Assembly (NCBI GenBank): GCA_041663025.1
Contig: JBAZRE010000002.1
Location: 27,703-91,702, forward strand
Direction of reading: 5' to 3'
Source: Minisyncoccota bacterium
Lineage (GTDB): Bacteria > Patescibacteriota > Minisyncoccia > Phycocordibacterales > Phycocordibacteraceae
Length of the DNA stretch: 64,000 bases
Below the pieces are notes generated by a model. That model was not told the DNA's origin, ran no database searches, and saw only the letters and a program-made list of their open reading frames with translations. Positions 45,411 to 54,214 of the stretch are shown one piece after another (within the stretch, counting starts at the first letter, position 1; each line of letters begins with the position of its first letter). A program made the position numbers and the translations under genes.

Positions 45411-45952
45411 CAGATATTTCTTGAAGGGAGTCTTCGCATGCGCGCACGGGTGGGAGAAGTCCGCGCGTAATCGCGCGGACTTGGGGCAAGCATTTGCATT
45501 TGCCTCGGGGCTGTTTCCGCTATGAGCGTCCATGGCGAAGGACGAGCGCCGACCCTCATCGAAGCATCAGGGTTTCGAAGCGGAAGCGACAAGATAAACA
45601 CAAAAATGAAAACGAGGAGAGGGGTTGTGCGATGGGCGGAATCCGAAGGAACGAGGATGAGCCCGAGCTGGGGAGAGGATTCCTTCCTCTCCCCAAACAA
45701 GAGCCGCCCCGAGCTCCGCTCAGCAGAGCGGAGTGCGAGGATAAGGCGGCACAAACGAATCTAGGCGCTCGTAGCCATAGCGGAAACAGCCCCGAGGCGG
45801 ATGCCGAGGGGTGGATTGCCTTTGCCAATGGACGACAACTACAGAGCGGAGAAAACAGCTCGAGACCACAGGAAATTTGCATTTGGGCTGAACGGCTCAT
45901 TTCTTCCCATGTGAGCCGTTAGGCGGGAAGAAGTGAGCCGTTCCCCGAGCCA
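45411..45952. other. about 540-bp GC-rich non-coding region with multiple inverted repeats (candidate structured RNA or cis-acting site)
   Basis: Only short, mutually overlapping Arg/Gly-rich ORFs. Inverted repeats include ctcggggctgtttccgctatg (45472) versus catagcggaaacagccccgag (45775), ggggagagg-attcctt-cctctcccc, and gcatttgcatttgcc versus ggaaatttgcatttggg. Confidence 0.45.
45423..45492. repeat. direct repeat DR2 with inserted hairpin (aagtccgcgcgtaatcgcgcggactt)
   Basis: Direct match to DR1 at 39190-39227, starting 13 bp after tRNA-Arg. Confidence 0.6.
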
Positions 45953-46120
45953 CTGCCGCTCCATTCCTTTTCCAAAGACATCCCCCGCCAAAAAACAAAG
46001 CATAGAGAGCGGCAGGAGCGAGGGGCCGCCGTCCGCGGCGGCGAGCCCGCGAGTCTGCGAGCGGGCGAGTAATCATTGGGCGCGCTGGAAAAAAGTTCGG
46101 ACTTGGTCGTATAATGTAGC
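45953..46120. repeat. island repeat Y' (attR arm), exact reverse complement of 39387-39554
   Basis: 168/168 identity. Followed immediately by the ASCH-gene leader (putative B' flank). Confidence 0.8.
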
Positions 46121-46129
46121 TAATTATTT

Positions 46130-46471
46130 ATGAAAAACTGGACGTTACGGTTTCGGGCGGTTGATAAAGATAATTTTGACGAAGTAAAGATTGGTATCAA
46201 ATCTATCGAAACGCGTGCCGCGACAATTAAATATCAGCCAATAAAAATTAGTGACACTCTCACCTTTGTTTGCGGGAAAGAAAAGTGTGTTAAGAAGATT
46301 AGTAAGAAATTTCATTGGCCAAGCATTGATGCGATGGTGAAGGGGGTTGATTTCAAAAAAATAATGCCCTCGGTCGATTCCGTAGAGGAAATGAAAAAGA
46401 TCTACGCCTCATATCCCGACTACGAAAAGAAAATCAAAGAACATGGATTATTTGGATTTGAGCTTGAATAG
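46130..46471 (+). CDS. ASCH/PUA-like domain protein
   Basis: About 110 aa. The KIGIKSIETRA..D motif resembles the ASCH GxKxxExR signature. Confidence 0.45.
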   Translation: MKNWTLRFRAVDKDNFDEVKIGIKSIETRAATIKYQPIKISDTLTFVCGKEKCVKKISKKFHWPSIDAMVKGVDFKKIMPSVDSVEEMKKIYASYPDYEKKIKEHGLFGFELE

Positions 46472-46660
46472 AGCAAGGTCAAAAATCGGGTATACTTCCT
46501 CTATGAAAAACCTCAAACTCGGCACCAACTTCTCTATCTTCATTATTTTCTTCGGCGTGGCGGCTCTGGATGCGCTGCAGACACAAAATTGGCTTCGGGT
46601 CGCATTTTGGGTGGGTATCGGCGCATACTTCTTCTGGGCAGATAAAAAGAAATCCTAATT

Positions 46661-47083
46661 ATGAAAATTGGCATTATCGGCAGCATGCAATATACCGAGC
46701 AGATGGTGAAGGCGCGTGATGATTTGCGGGCGCTCGGACATGACGCTTTTCTTACTGACCTGCACAAAACTCTTGTGGGCAAGAGCGATGAAGAAAAAGA
46801 GGTAATAAAAATAGAGCAAAAAAATAATCAAGACGCTATCCGAGAATTTTGGCACCAGATGCAAGGCGCAGATGCGGTGTTAGCGGTCAATCTCGATAAG
46901 CATGGTATCAAAAATTATATTGGTGGAAACACTCTTATGGAGATCGGATTCGCGCATGTGTTGAATCAGAAGATTTATCTCCTGAACCCGATTCCCTGCA
47001 TCTCGTTCTACAAGTCTGAAATAGAAGCAATGCGCCCTACTATCCTCAACGGTGACTTGTCTCTCATCAAGGTTAAACCTTGA
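46661..47083 (+). CDS. nucleoside 2-deoxyribosyltransferase-like protein
   Basis: MKIGIIGSM Rossmann start, GADAVLAV..GGNTLMEIGFA resembles the Nuc_deoxyrib_tr fold (sD.v.a...G.D.GT.fEiGyA). Confidence 0.5.
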   Translation: MKIGIIGSMQYTEQMVKARDDLRALGHDAFLTDLHKTLVGKSDEEKEVIKIEQKNNQDAIREFWHQMQGADAVLAVNLDKHGIKNYIGGNTLMEIGFAHVLNQKIYLLNPIPCISFYKSEIEAMRPTILNGDLSLIKVKP

Positions 47084-47285
47084 TATCTACTGCTCAATGA
47101 ATCGCGCGGAAGGCGCGGATGTGTCGTTGTCGCCGGAACTCCCACAGCTCTCTCTTGCGAGCAAAAAAGGCAAAGAGCCTCTCAATGGATTTTTTCATTC
47201 CCTAGATAGACGATGATGATAGCTGATTCTTACATATGATAAAAAACGGCCACGCACGTGACCGTTTTTTACTACGTGTTCGTTG

Positions 47286-48074
47286 CTAGATAGTAACCGT
47301 CTGGCCGAGGGCGCCAAGTAGATAGTTCGCGAGAAGTGCTGTGGCGCTTGAAGAATGTCCGATCCCGCCAAATGCAGCGGTAGCGTCTGTGCCGCAGAGT
47401 GACACGATCGCCTGCACACCGCCGGGATGATATGGAACATAGGCAGTAATGTTATACACATTGCTGCCAATAGTTAACCAACAACTATTCTGAGTGTTGT
47501 GCGTCGCGATAACGGCTGACGTTAAGGTGACCTGATTTGTTGTTGACAGTGGTGCGGTAGTAAACGATGTTTGGCTTGAGGTAGCCGAGCCGTTTGCAGC
47601 GCTTACCGATGCGACAACCACATAATACGTGGTGCTTGCGGTAAGACCGGTAAGGCCGATCGAATGGCTCTTCACTGGCGTTGCGCTGGTCACTGACGAA
47701 GCAGCGAGCAAGCTCAGTGGCGAGGTTGTGCCGAAGTACACCTTGCTTGAAGAGGTTACATTCGTCGTCCAGCTAACGAGAGCGCTTGAGGTGCTCACGT
47801 TGGTAATAGCGAGTCCTCGCAGAGCGAGAGTAGTGGCTGGAGTTGTCGTTGATGTTCGATGCTCACCTCTCCCCTCGTCATCGTCCTGATCGCCCTTTTC
47901 GCCGCGTTCTCTCACATGAGTATGCGCGAACGCGGACTTCCCGTGTATCTTCGGGTGACGGTCTCCATTTTTATTGTTCAAGTGTTCTCCACCATCCGCT
48001 AAAACGAATGCTGGAGAGAGGAGTAGTGCCGCAAAGAGGACGAGGCTGGATATTTTTTTGGTAAATGTTGTCAT
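47286..48074 (-). CDS. secreted protein with His/Asp-rich region, Ig/FN3-like beta domain and C-terminal cytochrome b5-like heme-binding domain
   Basis: Signal peptide. C-terminal CWLTIGSNVYNITAYVPYHPGG..GTDATAAFGGIGHS carries the b5 HPGG heme-ligand motif and a second His. Confidence 0.55.
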   Translation of the reverse strand: MTTFTKKISSLVLFAALLLSPAFVLADGGEHLNNKNGDRHPKIHGKSAFAHTHVRERGEKGDQDDDEGRGEHRTSTTTPATTLALRGLAITNVSTSSALVSWTTNVTSSSKVYFGTTSPLSLLAASSVTSATPVKSHSIGLTGLTASTTYYVVVASVSAANGSATSSQTSFTTAPLSTTNQVTLTSAVIATHNTQNSCWLTIGSNVYNITAYVPYHPGGVQAIVSLCGTDATAAFGGIGHSSSATALLANYLLGALGQTVTI

Positions 48075-48223
48075 AATGATTGTCGTATATTACGCGGTTA
48101 ATTTAGGCCTAAGGTTGCGCAGAGTGCGCCACTTCTTATATACTTGACCTCTCACTCATAAGGGAGACGGTAGTGCTCGGGTATCCTTACCGTAAGAATG
48201 TGTGCCATGATGCGTCTCAAGAT

Positions 48224-48760
48224 ATGGAACAAGATATTTCAAAAAACCAATTCATTCAGCTCTACACCAATGAATCTGATGCGATATACAGATTCTGCCT
48301 TTTGAGGACATCTGATAAGGATGTGGCGGTTGATCTGATGCAAGACACTTTTATGCGATTCTGGAATGTTCTTTCGCAGGGTGAGAAGAAAGTTGAGAAC
48401 AAACGAGCGTTTCTCTTCACCGTCGCGCGAAATAGTATCATTGATTGGTACCGGAAGAAGAAAACACTCTCGCTCGATGCGTTGGCAGAAGGGTCAGAAA
48501 CAGACGCCGAAACATTTATGCCAGTCGGTCAAAAGAAGGAGGACATAGAAATGACGCATGAGGCCAAATTTCTTCTGGAGAGAATAAGAGAACTCGATCC
48601 GCTCTACCAACAAGTCGTGTATCTCAGATTCGTCGAAGGTCTCGGGCCTAAAGATATCGCAGAAATTATCGGGGAGTCAGCGAACGTCGTGTCAGTGCGT
48701 ATCAATCGGGGATTACAGCAATTACGGAAAGTGGCGGGGTATGATGAAGAACAACCATAA
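48224..48760 (+). CDS. ECF-type RNA polymerase sigma-70 factor
   Basis: Region 2 (LMQDTFMRFW..RNSIIDWYRKK) and region 4 HTH (GPKDIAEIIGESANVVSVRINRGLQQLR). Confidence 0.8.
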   Translation: MEQDISKNQFIQLYTNESDAIYRFCLLRTSDKDVAVDLMQDTFMRFWNVLSQGEKKVENKRAFLFTVARNSIIDWYRKKKTLSLDALAEGSETDAETFMPVGQKKEDIEMTHEAKFLLERIRELDPLYQQVVYLRFVEGLGPKDIAEIIGESANVVSVRINRGLQQLRKVAGYDEEQP

Positions 48761-49544
48761 AAATATGAAAAATGATTTAAATAAAGGGGCGCAAGAAATA
48801 CGAGATATAAAACTTTCTCCAGAAGAGAAGAAGGTTGTTCTCTCGCGTTTGCTCGCGCATATGGATGAACATCCTGTTCGGTTTGTGGTGAGTCCGTATC
48901 AACACTTCTTTCATTCTCGTTTTGCCTATGCGCTTGCGGGAGCTCTCCTCATGTTCTCTGTAACCAGCGGTGGTGTCGCATTGGCCTCTGAAGGGGCGTT
49001 GCCAGGAGACCTGCTCTACCCGGTCAAGATCTATGTGACCGAGCCGGTGCGTGGAGCGTTAATAATCGGGACGGTGCAGAAGGCGCAATGGGTTGAAGAG
49101 AAGACTGTTCGTAGATTTGATGAGGCAGAATCTCTCGCGACACAAGGACGTTTGAGCACCACTACTATCCAAACCATCAAGGAGAATGTTGAGAAAAATA
49201 CAAATGAATTTCACGCCATCGTTCAGGCTTCTGAAGCACAGGCATCTTCAACGGAGATGGAGCGGGTGCATACTGATTTTGAAAAAGAGATAGAGTCTCG
49301 CGCGCAGATTTTGAATATCGCTACCAGCACACCTCGCGTTCGGTCGGAGGAGAGTACGCGAGAAAACGCTCGTACGGCGACAAGTACTTCGAGAGGCACG
49401 AGAGAAAGAGAAGAAGAGGATTCTGAAAATTCTAACGATCGGTATCAGGCTCTGCCGGCATCGGTTATACGAGCGACTGAGACACGACAAGCGACCAGTA
49501 CCAAGAGGGTGCGAGAGTCTGACTCAAGAGGAGAGAGAGATTAA
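48741..49544 (+). CDS. putative anti-sigma factor (DUF5667-like, single TM)
   Basis: Overlaps the sigma gene by 20 nt. One TM, and the extracytoplasmic LPGDLLYPVK motif is characteristic of DUF5667 proteins paired with ECF sigmas. Low-complexity acidic/Arg-rich tail. Confidence 0.5.
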   Translation: MMKNNHKNMKNDLNKGAQEIRDIKLSPEEKKVVLSRLLAHMDEHPVRFVVSPYQHFFHSRFAYALAGALLMFSVTSGGVALASEGALPGDLLYPVKIYVTEPVRGALIIGTVQKAQWVEEKTVRRFDEAESLATQGRLSTTTIQTIKENVEKNTNEFHAIVQASEAQASSTEMERVHTDFEKEIESRAQILNIATSTPRVRSEESTRENARTATSTSRGTREREEEDSENSNDRYQALPASVIRATETRQATSTKRVRESDSRGERD

Positions 49545-49545
49545 C

Positions 49546-50586
49546 TTACTTCCCACGACCAAAATATTTTTTGAGGAGCGCGACGTGCTCGGCGTAGGTG
49601 TTGGTGCAGTGGAACTGCCCCGCGTTGTCGTGGAAGTAGAAGAGACAGTCTGTATTTTTTGGATTGAGCGCTGCCAACACTGCGGCGACCGAAGGATTCG
49701 CGATTGGCGTCGGAGGCAGACCCTTATTTTTGTAAGTGTTGTAGGGTGACTTGCGGAAGGCGTCCGCTGGCACCACTCTCGGCCACCAACTGGTGACTGA
49801 CTTACTATTCGCTTTTGCGTATTGGAGTGTGGCGTCTATCTGGAGATTCATATTGATGAAAAGTCGATTCCAGATGATGCCCGATATGATGCGCATATCA
49901 TCGGGCCCACCTGCTTCGCGTTGAATAAGTGATGCAATAGTGAGTGCCTGATCGAGAGGCACGATCTCAGCTGTCGAGGTGCCGTAATGATCAAGAATCT
50001 CTTCAGAAAAACGTTTGTTCACGAGCATTTGTGCTTCTGTTGGCGTTGTCCCAACGTCAACAAGGTAAGTACCCGGTGAAAACGAACCTTCAGACAAAGG
50101 GAGTGTCGACGATGCTGCTGCGGTTGTGAAATTCTTTGCCTGAGTACTATTCCACGCAAGCGCTTTTGCAAATGTATTTGCCACCTGCTCCTTTCGCATT
50201 CCTGGAGTGATGATAACGACACGACCACCTGCAGCGGCGATATTCTGATACCACGATGCAGTAGTGAGAGTTGATGTAATCCACTCAAAAATACCCCACA
50301 ACACGTTTTGAGCATTTATCGCTGCTGCTTGAAATGGAGAAGTGGTACTCTCGAGGAAAGTATTTACCGTCGTATTCTCCACAATTATTTTATTCTGCGG
50401 ATCGACGGTAACGGGGAATTGTGTGGACATCGCAGAAAGTGCCTGCTGCTCTTCTTGCTGCAGATGCCACGCGACTATGCCGGGAAATGAGAAAATAATA
50501 CCCAGCGTGACAATCGAAAAAAGCACAGCGAGGCTGAGTATGCCAAACACACGTCTCATACCGCCCTTTCCATCCACTCCTCTCAT
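49546..50586 (-). CDS. mltG: endolytic murein transglycosylase MltG (YceG family)
   Basis: N-terminal TM plus the YceG core including LQIDATLQYA (compare LQSDPTVIY). Confidence 0.7.
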   Translation of the reverse strand: MRGVDGKGGMRRVFGILSLAVLFSIVTLGIIFSFPGIVAWHLQQEEQQALSAMSTQFPVTVDPQNKIIVENTTVNTFLESTTSPFQAAAINAQNVLWGIFEWITSTLTTASWYQNIAAAGGRVVIITPGMRKEQVANTFAKALAWNSTQAKNFTTAAASSTLPLSEGSFSPGTYLVDVGTTPTEAQMLVNKRFSEEILDHYGTSTAEIVPLDQALTIASLIQREAGGPDDMRIISGIIWNRLFINMNLQIDATLQYAKANSKSVTSWWPRVVPADAFRKSPYNTYKNKGLPPTPIANPSVAAVLAALNPKNTDCLFYFHDNAGQFHCTNTYAEHVALLKKYFGRGK

Positions 50587-50601
50587 TTCCTTACTATACC
50601 A

Positions 50602-52155
50602 CTACGCAAAGCCGGGGAAGTAGTCGGTCTTAATGTGGCGGCGGGAGATGCCCATAGCGCGAAGTGTCTTACGCGATGCCTCAACCATGACGGGCGGCCC
50701 TGAGATATAAAAGGTGCGCTCTATGTAGTCAGGAATTTGTTCAGCGATCAACTTTTCATCAATTCTTCCCGCATGAGCCCACGGGAGTGGTTTCGGCTCG
50801 CGAGTTAGTGCATATATCGTTTTCATACCAATTTTCTTCGCGGCTTCGTTGAAGGTCTCAATATAGGCGATTTCTGATGCGGTGCGGTTTGAGTAGAGGA
50901 GCATCACCTCGCGCGTATCATTGGTATCTATCAAATGGCGCACCATGCTGACAAAAGGCGTGATACCAATACCGCCAGCGACAAAGACGAGTTTCTTTTT
51001 TGGATTCTTCGGAAGGACGAAGTCTCCGGCGAGTTGTGAGACCGAGAGTGTATCGCCCGCGCCCATTGCAGCGAGCGCACGTTTAAAACTGCTCTCAGGC
51101 TCATAGAACTTCACGCCCAAACGCACGACTTTTTCAGCGGGCGATGAGGCGATCGTGAAGTAGCGGCGATTGCCGCGATCGTCGGAGAAGCGGTGTGGCA
51201 ATGTCCACTCCAGATACTGTCCTGGGCGGAAGTTGAAGAGCCAGTCGGGCTTGAATACAAATTCATAAAGGCCATCGGCGAGCTCTCTTTTATCAATGAG
51301 CTTTAAGGTGAAACGTCCTTCAGGGCTCACAAAATAGACAAAGAGATTGCCTACCAGAAGTGCGAGCTCTGGTGTGAAATAGAACGAGCCGAGGTGAATG
51401 TTGGGGGCAAAAAGGAATCCAACGATTGCGCCGTAGAAGATCCTCCCGAGACGCGTGGGTGACATGGTCAGCGGCTCGGTGAGCATCACCAGTGCGAGGA
51501 AGAAGAATGGCGAATGCAAGAACGTCTGTGTGATCGGCGTTAAATAATTGCTACTTGTCGATGTAGCGACAATAGTCGCGAGTGCCACAATCGAAAATGA
51601 CCATACCAGATCGAATCGCTGGATCTTACGAGCAATCAATAATCCGCCGATCACTACGAAGGCCATGAGTGGCAGATTCCCGCCGACCCACCACGTCGCT
51701 CCTTGGTTAAGCGCAAGTGCCGAGAACGCGATGCCAAACGCTGCCGGATTGAAAATATGTTTCTTATGGATAGCCAAGATAAACTTAGAGGCCATTGCCC
51801 ACGCCGATGCGAAAATAAGGAATCCTATGCCGGCATAATCGGTGTATGCGACAGGAGAGATGATGAGCGCGAGAATGAGTGCCGTGATATAAACCGATTC
51901 AACATTTGTCGCTGCGTTGAAGCTTTTTGCAAATACCGTATTGACGAGCCAACACACCGCGAGAATAAGGAGTGTCGAGAGGGCGAGATTAGCAGGATTG
52001 ATAGGGAGCCAACCAAGGGTGCCGAAGAGTGCTGCTAAGATAAACAATACGACGAGATAGTACAGCACGAGGCGATACATCGTGATCTTATTAAGGAAGT
52101 TGTCGATAAAGGCGGGCATACTATTAGTTTTTTGCCTGTGTGAGCGCCGATGCAA
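50602..52155 (-). CDS. polytopic membrane domain fused to FNR-type FAD/NAD(P)-binding oxidoreductase
   Basis: About 280-aa multi-TM N-terminus. C-terminus has FNR motifs (RRYFTIAS FAD-binding RxYS-like, GGIGITP NAD-binding, C-terminal YISGPP). Confidence 0.65.
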   Translation of the reverse strand: MHRRSHRQKTNSMPAFIDNFLNKITMYRLVLYYLVVLFILAALFGTLGWLPINPANLALSTLLILAVCWLVNTVFAKSFNAATNVESVYITALILALIISPVAYTDYAGIGFLIFASAWAMASKFILAIHKKHIFNPAAFGIAFSALALNQGATWWVGGNLPLMAFVVIGGLLIARKIQRFDLVWSFSIVALATIVATSTSSNYLTPITQTFLHSPFFFLALVMLTEPLTMSPTRLGRIFYGAIVGFLFAPNIHLGSFYFTPELALLVGNLFVYFVSPEGRFTLKLIDKRELADGLYEFVFKPDWLFNFRPGQYLEWTLPHRFSDDRGNRRYFTIASSPAEKVVRLGVKFYEPESSFKRALAAMGAGDTLSVSQLAGDFVLPKNPKKKLVFVAGGIGITPFVSMVRHLIDTNDTREVMLLYSNRTASEIAYIETFNEAAKKIGMKTIYALTREPKPLPWAHAGRIDEKLIAEQIPDYIERTFYISGPPVMVEASRKTLRAMGISRRHIKTDYFPGFA

Positions 52156-52648
52156 GAGATTGTTGGAATGCTTCGCTCGTAAAGGTTGCGCCAGACGCAG
52201 TATCTACTCGTGCATTTTGAGCAACGATGGCTTCTCGTATCAAGATCGGCATCGCATAATTATTTACGGCGACTGAGGTGCTTCGGTCACTCGGGTGCTG
52301 CAAGAATTTCACATCAGCGATCTTTCCGTTTTGGATAATCGCTTGGACCTGCACGGTGCCGTAGTAGGCGTCAGCAGGAGTGCCTACGTAGGTACCATCT
52401 CGGTAAAGGCCAAGTGGCTTTGGTGATTGGGTGGTAGTTGTTGCTGTTTGCGTCGGGACATTTTGTGCGGCAATGGGTTGCGTTGTATTTGAAGTAATCG
52501 GTGCTGTTACTACCACAGATTGTTGTTCACCGCCAAGAAACTGCCACAAGGTATAGGTGGCTGAGACAATACCAATCACAATCGCAAGGGGAAGCTTGCC
52601 GCTCGAGATTCGTTGAGGAGGCATATTGATAGTATATACGCAATACAC
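52124..52648 (-). CDS. FMN-binding-domain protein (flavinylation substrate)
   Basis: N-terminal anchor. FMN_bind domain with ApbE target motif DTASGAT. Overlaps the downstream FNR gene (operon). Confidence 0.65.
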   Translation of the reverse strand: MYCVYTINMPPQRISSGKLPLAIVIGIVSATYTLWQFLGGEQQSVVVTAPITSNTTQPIAAQNVPTQTATTTTQSPKPLGLYRDGTYVGTPADAYYGTVQVQAIIQNGKIADVKFLQHPSDRSTSVAVNNYAMPILIREAIVAQNARVDTASGATFTSEAFQQSLASALTQAKN

Positions 52649-52685
52649 ACGGGATTATTACGCCTAGGCTGATGTAAGAATCTAG

Positions 52686-53384
52686 ATGTATCTCCGTCTC
52701 CCCTCACATACCATGAAAAAGATGATTGCCGTGGCAGTATTTCTTGTATCCTCGACCGCATTTGTCTTTGCGCGACAGTCTGCGGTGGCGACAGCGGCGC
52801 AGAGTGTTCAAGATGTCCCTGAGAGTATGGCGAACATAAACGAGAATGATGCGACCACTTCAGACATGCTCGCCTCTCAGATACAAGCACTTGAGGCGAA
52901 TATCTCGCAAATAGAAAGTGCAAATATTGAAGCGGCATCTGTCTTGAGCCAAGTCGTGACAGCGGTATCGAAACCAAAACCGCAAGTTTCTCCGACAGTG
53001 CGGATTACACCAGTCGCAATGCCGACCTCTACACCTATCGTGACACGGGTGCCGACAACAACTCCTGCCGCGATCGTCGTCTACGGTCAATCGACCTATA
53101 ACAGCGGCAATGGTGTGCTCTTATATGCCAACGGGACTCCAGTTACCGCTCCGGATGGTGCGCGGCAAAGTTCAAATGGGTATTGGTATCTTGGTGGGCA
53201 GATCTATGCGATTGGTCCAGAAATCGGGATTCCATACACACCAGAGACAAACATCGTGTATGAGCAAGCCCCTATTATTACTCCTACTATCGTTGCTTCC
53301 GTGACGCCATCACCAGCACCAGTTCTCGTATCAACAAGCACTTCGCGTTCACGCACGCGTCACGAAGAGCGTGATGATGATTAA
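52686..53384 (+). CDS. secreted hypothetical protein (coiled-coil + Pro/Thr-rich)
   Basis: Signal peptide. Shares N-terminal coiled-coil architecture with the next gene. No recognised domain. Confidence 0.4.
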   Translation: MYLRLPSHTMKKMIAVAVFLVSSTAFVFARQSAVATAAQSVQDVPESMANINENDATTSDMLASQIQALEANISQIESANIEAASVLSQVVTAVSKPKPQVSPTVRITPVAMPTSTPIVTRVPTTTPAAIVVYGQSTYNSGNGVLLYANGTPVTAPDGARQSSNGYWYLGGQIYAIGPEIGIPYTPETNIVYEQAPIITPTIVASVTPSPAPVLVSTSTSRSRTRHEERDDD

Positions 53385-53386
53385 GT

Positions 53387-54199
53387 ATGAAGAAGATATT
53401 TTTACCAATTGTTTTTATCGGCGTTTCTTTTTTATATATGTTCTCGCGCAGTCCTGCGGCAGTGCTCGCGGGACTCTCCGATAGTTCCAACACAAGTGCA
53501 GGGACTGACATCACCATCCCCACCACGGTAAGCAGTACAACAACAAGTCTCGCGAGTAGCACTGAATCGCTTTCTGTGCAGCTAGCGATGCTTCAGGAGC
53601 GTCTTGCAAAACTGGAGAGTGCTAAAAAATCAGCACCGCAAACACGCATTGTTGTTATTCCAGCGGCGCCAGTTCCAGAATCATTCCCAGCGCCAGATTC
53701 CCCAGTTCAAGAGCCCGTTGTCTCGATACCGATGACCCTAGAACCAACACCGACACCAGCAGCACCCACTCTGGTTCCAGTGGTTGTTATTCCTCCGCCA
53801 CCATTCACCACACTTCCTCAGACTCCTCTTCCAGCGCCAATACTCCCGTCGACAACGCCTGCGCTAGCATCAACGCCAACACCTCCTCCCGCTCCCACAC
53901 CTCCGCCTGTGCCGGCCGGCCCTAAAGATGGCACCTATACGGGGAGTGTCGCTCAAGCTGGAAGTCGTGGCCCTGTCCAAGTACAGGTGGTGATTGCAGG
54001 AGGAAAAATCACCAACATCAGCTTCCTCTCTTCTCCAACCGCATCTCCGGTCTCAGTTTCTATCTTTGACACAGCGTCACCGACGCTCGTGCAAGAAGCT
54101 ATTGCAGCGCAGAGTGCGAACGTGACAACCGTTTCAGGAGCTACGCTTACCAGTAATGCATTTAAACAATCACTTGCGTCGGCGCTCGCGCAGGCGTGA
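53387..54199 (+). CDS. FMN-binding-domain protein with long Pro/Thr-rich linker
   Basis: Signal/anchor, coiled-coil, roughly 90-aa P/T-rich spacer, then FMN_bind domain with TTVSGAT flavinylation motif. Confidence 0.65.
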   Translation: MKKIFLPIVFIGVSFLYMFSRSPAAVLAGLSDSSNTSAGTDITIPTTVSSTTTSLASSTESLSVQLAMLQERLAKLESAKKSAPQTRIVVIPAAPVPESFPAPDSPVQEPVVSIPMTLEPTPTPAAPTLVPVVVIPPPPFTTLPQTPLPAPILPSTTPALASTPTPPPAPTPPPVPAGPKDGTYTGSVAQAGSRGPVQVQVVIAGGKITNISFLSSPTASPVSVSIFDTASPTLVQEAIAAQSANVTTVSGATLTSNAFKQSLASALAQA

Positions 54200-54214
54200 A
54201 GAGGGATGTAGCAT

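Larger units (their letters stand above)
36178..46120. mobile_element. composite integrative island at tRNA-Gln 3' end (serine-recombinase element with defence cargo)
   Basis: Bounded by att-like repeats X (36178-36311) and Y' (45953-46120). An internal block X'Y (39245-39554) is the reverse complement of Y'+X. Carries an LSR, R-M, OLD-like nuclease and tRNA-Arg. The cargo is visibly AT-richer than the flanks. Confidence 0.6.

Noticed and set aside
45494-45922. 142-aa and other ORFs in the region after tRNA-Arg
   Set aside because: Mutually overlapping on both strands, Arg/Gly-rich, and lying in a palindrome-dense GC-rich block. Treated as non-coding.
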